A DNA stretch of 63,763 bases, the filler included, from Octopus bimaculoides (Eukaryota), in assembly GCF_001194135.2 (NCBI RefSeq). It is 7 parts of 4 records of this genome, joined end to end, with 100 filler letters (N's around TTAATTAATTAA, not from the genome) between each part and the next. Parts side by side here need not be neighbours in the genome. Positions count along the whole stretch, not along the records: positions 62,109 to 63,763 come from NW_026333260.1; 6 more parts are not named here. One strand, written 5' to 3'. The translations under genes and the position numbers were made by a program. Below the pieces are notes generated by a model. The model was not told where the DNA came from. It ran no database searches and saw only the letters and a list, made by a program, of their open reading frames with translations. The first letter of the stretch is position 1; the number at the start of each line of letters is the position of its first letter. Of the stretch, positions 62,790-63,763 are shown piece after piece.

Positions 62790-63160
62790 TATTGGGATCA
62801 GTTGGAGACGAAAGCTTCTAGATAACAATAACCGGCTAATGACATTATGCATGCAAAGAGAATACGGACGACAAGCTGATACAATAGAAGACACAATTAT
62901 GATCACTTTGAGACGAAATCTTTTCGATAGAAATAATCGGCTGAGAGTATTTAAGCATATTAAGAGATTATCGGTGAAACACTGACAGAGCAGGAGCCGC
63001 ACTTATGATTAATTTGGAGTGAAAAAGTTTTGAGAACAATAACCGGCTGATTGCATTCAGGCTATAAATTGATTATCGGTGACTCGCCGACAGAAGGGAA
63101 ACCGCAGTTGTGATCAGTTTGAGACGAAACCGTTTCCATAACAAGAACCGGCTTTTAGCA
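62790..63160. repeat. Diverged 105-bp tandem repeat, about 4 units
   Basis: GATCA.TT.GAGACGAAA...AA(T/G)AA(C/T)CGGCT anchors at 62796, 62901, 63007 and 63112. Confidence 0.75.
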
Positions 63161-63763
63161 TTGACTCTCTCCTCAAATTTTGATTTTCATATGTAATGTT
63201 GGTAAGATCATGTTATTCATGATGTGGTTTGTTAAAGAGTATTTAGAAGTAATTTAAGGGTGATTTAGCTGCTAATTCTACCAGATCGATTGATATCGTA
63301 GCTTCTGTTGGTTTGTGTTTGACGGTATAATGATTTTTTTTTCATTTTGATAACTGTATCTCATATTAATCAAATATTAGAAAATATGAAATTGTTTCGA
63401 GGTAACAGAATTGATGGCTCTCCATTAGAAATTAAGTCGTGTGGCAACGATAAATTCTGTTGAATTTGACAAATATGGCAGCTATCTAAAAACAAAAAAA
63501 TAACTCTGAATATAAAGCCATGTGAGTTTAAAAACGTATTTCAATTAATGGAAATAATCGTGAATTACTTCAGGGGAAGCCAATTATGTACAATGTAATG
63601 ATCCGTGTTTATATTTAGGATTACTTCATAAGGACATGGTCAGTACCCGCTGCAAATTAATCAAATACAAGTATTTAATTATCTGTACAATGGGTTTGCG
63701 TTCAGCATACAATACGATCACATTAAGGTAAAATTAATATTATACAAATGACAGAGATATATA

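Overview
AT-rich, microsatellite-dense, gapped animal genomic DNA. The C2H2-ZNF style, SINE families and TTAGGG repeats suggest an octopus (inference; no database search was run). Host genes, all on the + strand: one internal coding exon of a Runx/Runt transcription factor (30859-30963/30972, end of the Runt domain) and three tandem C2H2 zinc-finger genes whose coding sequence lies in a single exon: ZNF-A 36926-38104 (13 fingers), ZNF-B 47832-49037 (14 fingers) and ZNF-C 56156-57837 (at least 14 fingers, spans a gap). ZNF-B and ZNF-C are collinear paralogs. The rest is mostly decayed mobile DNA: three SINE families, R4/Dong-, Tx1/L1-, CR1-, RTE- and probable Penelope-like retroelement fragments, a mariner remnant, and hAT, piggyBac, mariner and Merlin-like MITEs. 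Most notable observations: (1) several unrelated GG...CC elements with 8-bp TSDs (Merlin-like), two families of which carry telomeric TTAGGG cores; (2) a nested SINE > mariner MITE > U6-SINE chimera; (3) tandem in-frame splice donors at the end of the Runt domain, and a ZNF cluster that may lie inside a Runx intron; (4) a minimal hammerhead-ribozyme-like motif; (5) zinc-finger gain, decay and apparent gene conversion recorded in the ZNF genes. No CRISPR array, rRNA or intact tRNA gene is supported. Most ORFs in the supplied track are microsatellite or N-gap artefacts. Boundaries of decayed elements are approximate.
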